From Verrucomicrobiota bacterium (GTDB lineage Bacteria; Verrucomicrobiota; Verrucomicrobiia; Opitutales; Oceanipulchritudinaceae), in the NCBI GenBank assembly GCA_009908535.1, contig JAAAOD010000155.1, positions 1 to 41,482 on the forward strand: DNA of 41,482 nt, written 5' to 3'. Position 1 is the stretch's first letter; each line of letters opens with the position of its first letter. Under the pieces are notes generated by a model. It saw only the letters and a program-made list of their open reading frames with translations, had not been told where the DNA came from and searched no databases. Position numbers and translations under genes: made by a program. This document shows positions 19,897 to 28,260 of this stretch, one piece after another.

Positions 19897-20993
19897 AGAT
19901 CCTCCTTCTCCAGGACTTCCTGCGCATCGGGGGGACGGAAAAGCAGACCCTTTTCCTCGCCCGGACCTTTCGGGAAGCAGGGCATGCGACGGAATTGCTC
20001 CTTTTCGAGCCGGGAGGCCACCTGGCCACGCCGGAAGAGCTGGAGGGAATCAAGGTATCCTCTCTCCAACCCTTCCGCACGGGGCTGCCGCTGCTGGCTC
20101 CGGGGCTGAGGCGGGCAGTGGCGAAACGGCAACCGCAGGTGATCCTCTGCATGGGCCGCACGGCCAATTGTTATGCCGGCTTTCTGCAGAAGCGGTTTCC
20201 GGACATCGTGGTTGTGGGAACACTGCGTACGGGCAAGATTCTCTTTCCCCTTCACCACTGGTCGATGGGCGTGGTACGGGCCGTCCTGGTGAACTCGAAC
20301 TGGTGGAAGCGGCGTCTGCTGGAGCGCGCCTTCCCGCCGGAACGGATCCATGTCGTACACAATGCCGTTTTATTGGAGCGGGCCCGGGGGGAAATCCGCG
20401 ACAACCGCACGGTCATGCGCCAACGATACCGGATAGGCGCAGAGGAATGCGTGTTTCTGAATGTCGCCACCTTCCGACCGGGCAAACAACACCGACATCT
20501 GCTGCAATTGTTTGCCCGGCTGCGCAAGGAGGCCCCCGGGCTGCCATGGCGTCTCTGGCTGGTCGGCGACGGGACGGAATACCATCGCTGCAAGCGCTGG
20601 GCGGCCGAAAACGGACTGGGGACACGGGTGCGCTTCTTTCACTTCCAGAAGGATCCCCTTCCCTTCTATGCGGCCGGCGACGTTGCCGTTTCGGCCTCGC
20701 GGGAGGATTCCCTGCCGAACTTCCTTATCGAGGCGCAGGCGAGTGGCTTGCCCGTCATCTCCTATGATTGTCGCGGCGTACGGGAAACCTGCCTTCCGGG
20801 GCGGACCGGGAAGATCCTGCGGACGGGGGACCGGGAGGGGTTTGTTGCCGCCCTGAAGGAATTCGCCTGCTGCCCGGAATTGCGTCGACAATGGGGTGGG
20901 GCCGCTCCCGCCTTCGCCCGGGACCGCTTCTCGCGGGAGTCCCAGGCACTGGCCACGCTGCGCTTTCTCGAGCAGGTGACCGGAACAACCTGA
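19893..20993 (+). CDS. GT4 family glycosyltransferase
   Basis: MKILLLQDFLRIGGTEKQ, VLVNS, VVHNAV, VATFRPGKQH, LVGDG, EDSLPNFLIEAQASGLPVI. ATG 19893 overlaps the SDR stop (ATGA). Confidence 0.9.
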   Translation: MKILLLQDFLRIGGTEKQTLFLARTFREAGHATELLLFEPGGHLATPEELEGIKVSSLQPFRTGLPLLAPGLRRAVAKRQPQVILCMGRTANCYAGFLQKRFPDIVVVGTLRTGKILFPLHHWSMGVVRAVLVNSNWWKRRLLERAFPPERIHVVHNAVLLERARGEIRDNRTVMRQRYRIGAEECVFLNVATFRPGKQHRHLLQLFARLRKEAPGLPWRLWLVGDGTEYHRCKRWAAENGLGTRVRFFHFQKDPLPFYAAGDVAVSASREDSLPNFLIEAQASGLPVISYDCRGVRETCLPGRTGKILRTGDREGFVAALKEFACCPELRRQWGGAAPAFARDRFSRESQALATLRFLEQVTGTT

Positions 20994-21038
20994 CTTCCGC
21001 GCTTGTCAGGTCGCGCCACCTCGCCCTTTGTGTGCGGG

Positions 21039-22283
21039 ATGAGCTCTCTTCCGCTCCAGCACGAGGAGGCCGTTCGCCTGGCCGACGAATTCGGAACCCC
21101 GTTGTTTGTGTATGACGAGGCACGCTTGCGGGAACAGTGCGAGCGTGCCCTCGCCTTTCCCGCCCCGTATGGACTGACCGTGCGCTATGCCATGAAAGCC
21201 GCTCCGACGGCGGGGTTGTTGCGCCTTTTCCACCAGCAGGGCCTGCACATCGACGCCAGCAGCGGGTTCGAGATCGACCGGGCCCGAGCGGCCGGAATTC
21301 CCGCGGAAAACATCTCCCTCAGCACCCAGGAACTGCCGGTCGACTTTGCGGAAAAGGTCCGCGAAGGGGTCGCTTTCAATGCCTGCAGCCTTGAGCAGTT
21401 GCGCCGCTACGGCGAGGCCCTCCCGGGCTCCGAAGTGGGAGTGCGTTTCAATCCGGGATTGGGCTCCGGGGGCACCAACCGGACCAATGTCGGGGGTCCG
21501 GCCTCCAGTTTCGGCATCTGGCATGAGTCCCTCGACCTGGTCAAGGAGATCCTCGCCGAATTCGATCTCACCGCCGTCCGCATTCACTCACATATCGGTT
21601 CCGGGGGCGATCCCGCCGTCTGGCAGCGGGTCGTCTCGCTCAACCTGCGCCTGGCCGCCTCCCTGCCGACGGCAAAAATCCTCAACCTCGGCGGCGGCTT
21701 CAAAGTGGGCCGCATGCCCGGAGAACCCACGACCGACCTGCAGAAAATCGGGCAGCCGGTGGTCGAGGAGCTGCGCAGTTTCGCTCAGGAGCACGGGCGG
21801 GAACTCCATCTCGAAATCGAGCCGGGAACCTTTCTGATCGCGAATGCCGGGCTTCTCCTTGCCCGGGTCCAGGACGTCGCCGACACCGGCGCGGAGGGAT
21901 ATCGCTTTCTCAAGCTTGATGCGGGAATGACGGAGGTCCTCCGCCCCTCGCTCTATGGTGCGCAGCATCCCATCGAGGTCCTGCAGGCATCGCCGACGGA
22001 GAAACGCGAGGCGGCGGTCGTAGTTGGCCACTGCTGCGAATCGGGCGATATCTTCACGCCGGCCCCGGGGGACCCGGAAGCCCTCGCGCCGCGCGCGCTG
22101 CCGCCCGCAGGCATCGGCGATTTTGTCCTCATCGGCGGCGTCGGCGCCTACTGCTCGACGATGTGCGCCGCCGGCTACAACAGTTTCCCCGCGCCGCCGG
22201 AGGTCCTGAAGAAGCGCACCGGCGGCTTCACGCTGCTGCGCAAGCGCCAGCTGGCCGCTCAACTGACCGCAAACGAGTGCTGA
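21039..22283 (+). CDS. lysA: Diaminopimelate decarboxylase
   Basis: FGTPLFVYDE, YAMKA (PLP Lys), DASSGFE, HSHIGSG, LNLGGG, EPG, RPSLYG, HCCESGD, GAY. Confidence 0.92.
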   Translation: MSSLPLQHEEAVRLADEFGTPLFVYDEARLREQCERALAFPAPYGLTVRYAMKAAPTAGLLRLFHQQGLHIDASSGFEIDRARAAGIPAENISLSTQELPVDFAEKVREGVAFNACSLEQLRRYGEALPGSEVGVRFNPGLGSGGTNRTNVGGPASSFGIWHESLDLVKEILAEFDLTAVRIHSHIGSGGDPAVWQRVVSLNLRLAASLPTAKILNLGGGFKVGRMPGEPTTDLQKIGQPVVEELRSFAQEHGRELHLEIEPGTFLIANAGLLLARVQDVADTGAEGYRFLKLDAGMTEVLRPSLYGAQHPIEVLQASPTEKREAAVVVGHCCESGDIFTPAPGDPEALAPRALPPAGIGDFVLIGGVGAYCSTMCAAGYNSFPAPPEVLKKRTGGFTLLRKRQLAAQLTANEC

Positions 22284-23779
22284 GCAGCCAACAGTTCCCC
22301 CTCGGGGATCCCGTTAACGGCAGTCCGCACAGCGTCTGCGCCAGCCTGCCGAGGATCGCCGATGTCATCGGCTACGAGGAAAAGGATCCGGCCGTCCTTG
22401 CGACCTTCACCGCCGGCTATCCCCGTTTTTTCCGCAATCCCCTCCTCTCCAGACTGCAGCAGCACTGGCGGGACGCGGGGCGTTTACCCGGGGAAGATCC
22501 GCTCCTGCCGACCCGGGAAGCGGCGGCCGACCTGCTGGGCTTCCTCGGCCGCGGCGGGGAGGAACCAACGCGACTGCCGGGGGCGTGGACCGTCGCCCTG
22601 CGCACGCCGAACGAGCGAGCGGAGGCCTCCGCCTTTCTTCAGCACACGGGCGCCTCCCTGTCCTCGCGCGAGGCGGAGGCGATTCTCGTCGCCGAAACGG
22701 GGCTTGCCCCTTTTCCCGAGGCGAGAGCGCCCGGGACCGCGGAGGCGCCTTCCGCCCGCATCCGCAAAGAGCTGCACAAGGTCTACGGAACTGCCTCGGT
22801 GGAGGACATCCGCCTCTTCCGCAGTGGCATGAACGCCTTTTACGCCGGCTTTCGCGCCCTGCAGGCAGTGCAACGGGAGCGGGGCCGCGATCTCTGGATC
22901 CAGCTGGGCTGGCTCTATGTCGACACCATCCGGATCCTCGCGCGGTTCTCCTTTCCCGAACAGCCGCCGCGAACCGTCCTGCGGATGGAGGATCTCGGCG
23001 ATCTTGAGGAAATCCTCCGCGTCCATGGCCACCGGGTCGCCGGCATCGTCACCGAGGTCCCGACCAACCCGATGGTCCTTACCCCCGATGTGCCGCGTCT
23101 GCGCGAGCTGGCCGATCGGCACGGGGCCGGCCTTATCCTCGATCCGACCCTCGTCAGTCCGCACAATGTCAATGTCCTGCCCTACGCCGACCTCCACATC
23201 AACAGCCTGACCAAGTACGCCGCCGTGGAAGCGGACGTCATGATGGGCGCTCTCGCCCTGCGGCCCGGTTCCGCGTTTTACGATGAGCTGCGGCAGCGTG
23301 TGGACCATTTCGGGTTGCCGCCGGGCGAGGGCGACCTCGCCCGCATGGCGTATCAGATTCCGGGATACGGGCAAGCGATCCGGCGGATCAATTCCACCGC
23401 CGTCAAGGTGGCGGAGTTCCTGCGAAACCATCCCGGCGTGAAGGAACTCTGGTGGCCGGGGCGCGAGGCGGGGGCAGGGAACTATAACCGGCTCCGGCAC
23501 CACGAGGCCGGTCCCGGCGCCATTCTCTCCTTCACCTGTCGAAAGCCGATGCAGGAGGTCTACGACGAACTGCGCTTTGTGAAAAGCCCGAGCTTCGGCG
23601 CCCGCTTCACCATGGTCTGCCCTTTTTTGTACCTCGCCCATTACGACCTCGTGAAAACCCGTCACGGGCGCCGGCAACTGGAAGCCGACGGCCTTCCGCC
23701 GGACTTGTTGCGCCTGTCCGTCGGGCTGGAGGAGCCGGAGGCCATCCTCGCCGAACTGGATCGATGTCTCGCCCCATGA
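22277..23779 (+). CDS. PLP-dependent trans-sulfuration enzyme, long-form cystathionine gamma-synthase-like
   Basis: PLG.P...PHSVCASLP...VIGYEE...GYPRFF N-terminus, SGMNA, YVDT, EVPTNP, SLTKY (PLP Lys), PSFG, LRLSVGLE. GTG 22277 overlaps the end of lysA. Confidence 0.82.
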   Translation: MLSSQQFPLGDPVNGSPHSVCASLPRIADVIGYEEKDPAVLATFTAGYPRFFRNPLLSRLQQHWRDAGRLPGEDPLLPTREAAADLLGFLGRGGEEPTRLPGAWTVALRTPNERAEASAFLQHTGASLSSREAEAILVAETGLAPFPEARAPGTAEAPSARIRKELHKVYGTASVEDIRLFRSGMNAFYAGFRALQAVQRERGRDLWIQLGWLYVDTIRILARFSFPEQPPRTVLRMEDLGDLEEILRVHGHRVAGIVTEVPTNPMVLTPDVPRLRELADRHGAGLILDPTLVSPHNVNVLPYADLHINSLTKYAAVEADVMMGALALRPGSAFYDELRQRVDHFGLPPGEGDLARMAYQIPGYGQAIRRINSTAVKVAEFLRNHPGVKELWWPGREAGAGNYNRLRHHEAGPGAILSFTCRKPMQEVYDELRFVKSPSFGARFTMVCPFLYLAHYDLVKTRHGRRQLEADGLPPDLLRLSVGLEEPEAILAELDRCLAP

Positions 23780-23825
23780 GCTTAAGTCTTGCCAGCGTTG
23801 CCGTGAGCTTTACGCGTTGGCGATC

Positions 23826-24122
23826 ATGGCGGAACGACCCGAAATCGATATCGAAAAACTCGCCACCCTTGCGCGCATCAACCTGACCGAGGAGGAAAAG
23901 GCGGCCTACACCGGGCAGCTCAAGGACATCCTCGGCTTTTTCCGGCAGCTTCAGGAAATCGATGTCGAAGGGGTGACTCCCATGGCGCATCCCTTCGCCG
24001 TTCCGGCTCCCCTGCGGGAGGATGTCCCGGGGCAACCTTGGGCGCCCGAAGCCGCCCTTGCCAATGCTCCGGCGCGGCGCGAGGACCAGGTGGTCGTGCC
24101 CAAGGTCGTGGAGGATGCCTGA
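23826..24122 (+). CDS. gatC: Asp-tRNA(Asn)/Glu-tRNA(Gln) amidotransferase subunit C
   Basis: LATLARINL...ILGFFRQLQEIDVEGVTPMAH...LREDVP...ALANAP...VPKVVE; directly upstream of gatA. Confidence 0.94.
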   Translation: MAERPEIDIEKLATLARINLTEEEKAAYTGQLKDILGFFRQLQEIDVEGVTPMAHPFAVPAPLREDVPGQPWAPEAALANAPARREDQVVVPKVVEDA

Positions 24123-25604
24123 ATGATGGAGGCCCCCGAACTCACGAACGGCACCGCTCTCTGTCTCGGACGGGCCCTCCACGAAGGAACGACTTCCGCC
24201 GTCGGCATTTGCGAAGCGCTCTTCACGCGCATCGATGTCGTCGGCGACACCATCGATGCCTATCTCCATCTCGACCGGGAACGCATTCTCGCCGAGGCGG
24301 AAGCCAGCGATCGGCGCCGGCAGGAGGGAAAGGCGTTGAGCCCGCTCGATGGTGTGCCCGTCGCAATCAAGGATAATATCGCGTCCAAAGGAGAGCCGCT
24401 CACCTGCGCAAGCCGCAGCCTTGCCTCCTTCGTCAGCCCCTACGACGCCACCGTCACGGAACGCCTGCGCAAGGCCGGCTGCATTCCCTTCGGCCGCCTC
24501 AATCTCGACGAATTCGCGATGGGTTCGTCGACGGAAAACTCTTCCCGGCCACCCACCCGCAATCCGTGGGATCCCTCCCGCGCGCCCGGCGGGAGCTCCG
24601 GGGGAAGCGCCGCCGCCGTCGCGGCACGGCTCTGCCCATGGGCCCTCGGCTCCGACACGGGCGGGTCCATCCGCCAACCCGCCGCCTTCTGCGGGGTCAT
24701 CGGACTCAAGCCCACCTACGGGCGCGTCTCCCGCTACGGCCTTGTCGCCTTTGCCTCCAGCCTCGACCAGATCGGGCCGGTCGGGCGCAGCGTCTCCGAC
24801 GTCGCCACCCTGCTCGACCTTATCGACGGTCACGATCCCCTCGACTCCACAAGCTGGCCGGAAGAGCTCCGTTCCGTTTCCGCGGCCCTCCGCGAGCCCG
24901 CGGGCAAGGGAACCCTCGGCATCCCCGCGGAATATTATGGCGAGGGGATCGATCCCGAGGTCCGGGAAAAGGTCAGCTCCGTCGCGGAGGCGTATCGGAA
25001 AATGGGCTACAGGATCAGGGAGATCTCCCTGCCGCGCACCCATCTCGCCGTGCCCACCTATTACATCGTCGCGACCGCGGAGGCCTCCTCCAACCTCGCC
25101 CGCTTTGACGGGGTCCGCTACGGCCACCGCGCGGAGGCGGCGGGGAACGCCGTCGAGCTCTACTTCCGCAGCCGCGGGGAGGGCTTCGGGCCCGAGGTCA
25201 AGCGCCGGGTGATCCTCGGAAGTTATGTGCTCAGCAGCGGCTACTACGATGCCTACTACAAGCGCGCCCAGCAGGTGCGGACCCTCATTCGCGACGATTT
25301 CCTCAAGGCCTTCGAGGAGGTGGATGCGATCCTCACCCCAACGACCCCCACCCCCGCCTTCGCCCTCGGGGAGAAAACCGGCGATCCCCTCTCCATGTAC
25401 CTCGCCGACATTTTCACCATCGCCGTCAACCTTGCCGGACTTCCCGCCCTCTCCATGCCCTGCGGCCTTACGAAAGAAGGCCTGCCCGTGGGTTTCCAGC
25501 TGATCGGCCGCCCTTTTGCCGAGGACCGGCTCCTCCGGAATGCGGCCGCCTACGAGAAATGCCATCCCTTCCCGGACCAACCTGACCTCCCCGTCACCGC
25601 CTGA
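24123..25604 (+). CDS. gatA: Amidotransferase subunit A
   Basis: PLDGVPVAIKDNI, DEFAMGSSTE, PGGSSGGSAAAVAA, GSDTGGSIRQPAAFCG, EASSNLARFDGVRYG, EVKRRVILG. Confidence 0.96.
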   Translation: MMEAPELTNGTALCLGRALHEGTTSAVGICEALFTRIDVVGDTIDAYLHLDRERILAEAEASDRRRQEGKALSPLDGVPVAIKDNIASKGEPLTCASRSLASFVSPYDATVTERLRKAGCIPFGRLNLDEFAMGSSTENSSRPPTRNPWDPSRAPGGSSGGSAAAVAARLCPWALGSDTGGSIRQPAAFCGVIGLKPTYGRVSRYGLVAFASSLDQIGPVGRSVSDVATLLDLIDGHDPLDSTSWPEELRSVSAALREPAGKGTLGIPAEYYGEGIDPEVREKVSSVAEAYRKMGYRIREISLPRTHLAVPTYYIVATAEASSNLARFDGVRYGHRAEAAGNAVELYFRSRGEGFGPEVKRRVILGSYVLSSGYYDAYYKRAQQVRTLIRDDFLKAFEEVDAILTPTTPTPAFALGEKTGDPLSMYLADIFTIAVNLAGLPALSMPCGLTKEGLPVGFQLIGRPFAEDRLLRNAAAYEKCHPFPDQPDLPVTA

Positions 25605-25617
25605 CCTGTTTCCCGCC

Positions 25618-27078
25618 ATGCCTGAATACGAAGCTGTCATTGGCCTCGAAATCCACGTCCAGCTCAAGACCGCGTCGAAAATGTTCACCGACGCGCCCAC
25701 CGGCTTCGGGCAGCCGCCCAACACCCTCACCAACCCGGTCGTGATCGCCCTGCCGGGAACCCTCCCTGTCCTGAACAAGGCCGCGATCGAGCAGGCGGTC
25801 CGCACCGGTCTTGTCTTCGGGTCCGAAATCCCCGAATTTTTCAGCTGGGACCGGAAAAACTACTTCTATCCCGACAGCCCCAAAAATTACCAACTCACCC
25901 AGAAAGACGCTCCGGTCTGCCTCGGGGGTGCGGTCGAAATCGAGCTTCCCGGCCCCTCCCGTAACCAGATGGGCGAACATCGGGTCATTCACCTCGACCA
26001 CGCTCACCTTGAGGAGGACGTCGGCAAGCTCACCCACGGGGAAGGCGATTCCCTTGTCGATTACAACCGCGCCGGCACCCCCCTGCTCGAGATCGTCACC
26101 GCCCCCGATCTTCGCGGACCGGAGGAAGCGGTCGCCCTCCTGCAGTCCATCCGCATGCACCTTTCCGCCGCCGGCATTTCCGACTGTGACATGGAAAAAG
26201 GTCAGATGCGCTGCGACGCCAATGTCAGCGTCCGCCCGGTCGGCCAGGCGCACCTGAACAACCGCGCCGAAATGAAGAACCTCAACAGCATCACCGGGGT
26301 CCGCGACGCCATCGCCTACGAGATCCGTCGCCAGCGGCGGGCCTGCGAGGCCGGCCAGACCGTCGTGCAGGAGACCCGGCGCTGGGATGCCGCCACCGCC
26401 CGGACCACCTCCATGCGTACCAAGGAAGAGGCCCACGATTATCGCTACTTCCCCGATCCCGACCTGCTCCCTGTCAAGTTCCCCCGCGAACGCGTGGAGG
26501 AACTCCGCAGAGCACTGCCCGAGAACGTCTTCGATCGCCAACGTCGTTACATGGAAGATTTCGGTCTGCCCTACACCCTGACCTCGGTCATCTGCTACGA
26601 CCATGAGCTGGCCTCCTTTTTCGAGGCCTCCATGACGGTCTACGCGGATAATCCAAAGGCCACCGCCAATTACATCGCCAATGAACTGCAACGCGAGCGC
26701 GCGAACGCCACCGATGAGGGCGTCCTCCCCATGGAAGCAGTGAAACTGCAACCCGCCCACCTCGCCGGCCTCGTCCAGGCCATCGACGAGGGCCGTCTCG
26801 CCAAGCAGCAGGCCAAGGAGGTCTTCGTCGAAATGTTCGCCAGCGGCCGGGAAGCCGAGGCGATCATGGAGGAACGCGGCCTCGGCGCCGACCAGCACGA
26901 CGACGGGCAGCTCGAGCAATGGTGCCGCGACGCCATCGTCGCCAACCCCCGCGCCGCCCAGCAGGTCCGCGACGGCAATGAAAAGGCCGTCAATTCCTTC
27001 ATCGGTCCCGTCATGAAGGCCTCCGCCGGCAAGGCTGATCCGCGCAAGGTTCGCGATACGCTCCTTCGATTGATCTGA
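25618..27078 (+). CDS. gatB: Amidotransferase subunit B
   Basis: YEAVIGLEIHVQL, DRKNYFYPD, HLEED, DYNRAGTPLLEIV, MRCDANVSVR, KEEAHDYRYFPDPDL. Start re-picked at ATG 25618. Confidence 0.96.
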   Translation: MPEYEAVIGLEIHVQLKTASKMFTDAPTGFGQPPNTLTNPVVIALPGTLPVLNKAAIEQAVRTGLVFGSEIPEFFSWDRKNYFYPDSPKNYQLTQKDAPVCLGGAVEIELPGPSRNQMGEHRVIHLDHAHLEEDVGKLTHGEGDSLVDYNRAGTPLLEIVTAPDLRGPEEAVALLQSIRMHLSAAGISDCDMEKGQMRCDANVSVRPVGQAHLNNRAEMKNLNSITGVRDAIAYEIRRQRRACEAGQTVVQETRRWDAATARTTSMRTKEEAHDYRYFPDPDLLPVKFPRERVEELRRALPENVFDRQRRYMEDFGLPYTLTSVICYDHELASFFEASMTVYADNPKATANYIANELQRERANATDEGVLPMEAVKLQPAHLAGLVQAIDEGRLAKQQAKEVFVEMFASGREAEAIMEERGLGADQHDDGQLEQWCRDAIVANPRAAQQVRDGNEKAVNSFIGPVMKASAGKADPRKVRDTLLRLI

Positions 27079-27082
27079 AATC

Positions 27083-27137
27083 AAGGGGTCAGACCTTGGA
27101 TTTTGGTATATGCCAAAAATCCAAGGTCTGACCCCTT
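27083..27137. repeat. Perfect 22-bp inverted repeat; probable bidirectional terminator or REP-like palindrome
   Basis: AAGGGGTCAGACCTTGGATTTT (27083-27104), 11-nt loop, AAAATCCAAGGTCTGACCCCTT (27116-27137). It fills the gap between two convergent genes. Confidence 0.85.
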
Positions 27138-28209
27138 AGGCAGAGCGTAAACGGAGGAGGCGTTCGTACCAGCGAAGCGGATAGAGGGAACACCAGGGTC
27201 GTCGATTGCGGAGGCGAGGAGGGCGCTGGCTGGCGAAGAGTTCGAGGGCGGGCAACCAGCCCTCGTGCAGCCAGCGGTCTGTGAGGGAAGGCGGGAACTT
27301 GCCGGTCCAGGCATGGAAGGAAGCGCGCTCGCCGGGGGGGGCATTCTGCCATTGCTGCAAGCGTTCGAGGGCGGCGGGGATGTCCCCCCAAGGGTAGGGA
27401 TTCGGGGCGGCATCCTCCCTCCAGAGGGAGGGGGTCATTTCCCGCCCGCTATCGGGGACGAGGGGAAAGGCCCCGGCGGCGATGGCGTCGAGGAGCCATG
27501 GAGCAAGAAGGTCTTCGTCATGGAGAAGAAAGACGGACTGCCAGCGGCGGGCCTGGCGGCGGGCCTCCTCGAATGCGAGTCCGCTGTGCCACCGCAGACC
27601 CTCTTTGCGTGCCCACCGCGGCGGTCCGCCGGAAGCAACGAGGAATTCGAGCCTTCCAAGGTCCTCTTTCCAGCGGTCCGCGATGGAGCGCAGGCGGTTT
27701 CCGAAACGGCGCCAGGAACGGTCCTGCAACCAGATCCCAGTGACGCGGTCCTGGTTCTCTCCGTCGCTGGTTTCGGTCGGGGGCAGGCGGATCGGGGCGA
27801 GTTCTTTCAGGTAGCGTTCGGGAATCCAGCCGAAAACGGTGCGAATGCGTTCATAAGCGAGGGGGTCCTCGACAAGGACTTTCCCGGTACCGCGAATGAA
27901 GAGATCGAAGGAGCGCTGCCAACCGGGCGGCCAGCAGTGCTGGAAGAGGATCTTCCGCTCGCATGGATCGAGAGGAGCGAGAACATCCGCCCCGACCCCG
28001 TCGTGATAGACGGTGAGGACGGCGTCCCCCGACTCCTGAAGCCAGGTGCGGAAGGCGGCCTTCACCCCCCCGAGAAAGGGTGATGGACCGATGGAGCCTC
28101 CCCAGCGGAAAACCGGCTCCCTGCAGACTGCGGCAAAGGCGCGGGCACGGTCTTCGCCGGAGGTGGGCACATGGACAACATGGCGGGCTTGCAGTTGCGC
28201 GGGCGGCAT
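27136..28209 (-). CDS. Hypothetical protein, probable highly divergent GT-B (GT4-like) fold
   Basis: 357 aa from ATG 28209. EDLLAPWLLDAIAAGAFPLVP and YPWGDIPAALERL align by eye with the GT4 C-terminal EGFGLxxLEAMAxGxPV and 'p.gD...la..l' segments. Confidence 0.55.
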   Translation of the reverse strand: MPPAQLQARHVVHVPTSGEDRARAFAAVCREPVFRWGGSIGPSPFLGGVKAAFRTWLQESGDAVLTVYHDGVGADVLAPLDPCERKILFQHCWPPGWQRSFDLFIRGTGKVLVEDPLAYERIRTVFGWIPERYLKELAPIRLPPTETSDGENQDRVTGIWLQDRSWRRFGNRLRSIADRWKEDLGRLEFLVASGGPPRWARKEGLRWHSGLAFEEARRQARRWQSVFLLHDEDLLAPWLLDAIAAGAFPLVPDSGREMTPSLWREDAAPNPYPWGDIPAALERLQQWQNAPPGERASFHAWTGKFPPSLTDRWLHEGWLPALELFASQRPPRLRNRRPWCSLYPLRWYERLLRLRSA

Positions 28210-28260
28210 CCTTATTGAGAATACGATGGCCAAGGCCCAGCCTCGCCGCAAGCGTCATTC

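Noticed and set aside
25618-25760. GatB lacks the N-terminal Cys zinc ligands (KMFTDAP...NTLTNPVV)
   Set aside because: Zinc-free GatB variants are known (for example Staphylococcus aureus) and the catalytic motifs are intact.
23607-27084. Minus-strand ORFs of 732 aa and 496 aa over gatCAB
   Set aside because: Shadow ORFs of conserved essential genes.
26900-27600. C-rich to G-rich switch at the 27.1-kb palindrome
   Set aside because: Gene orientation flips at the same point, so C-ending codon preference largely explains it, unlike the switch at 19.3 kb.
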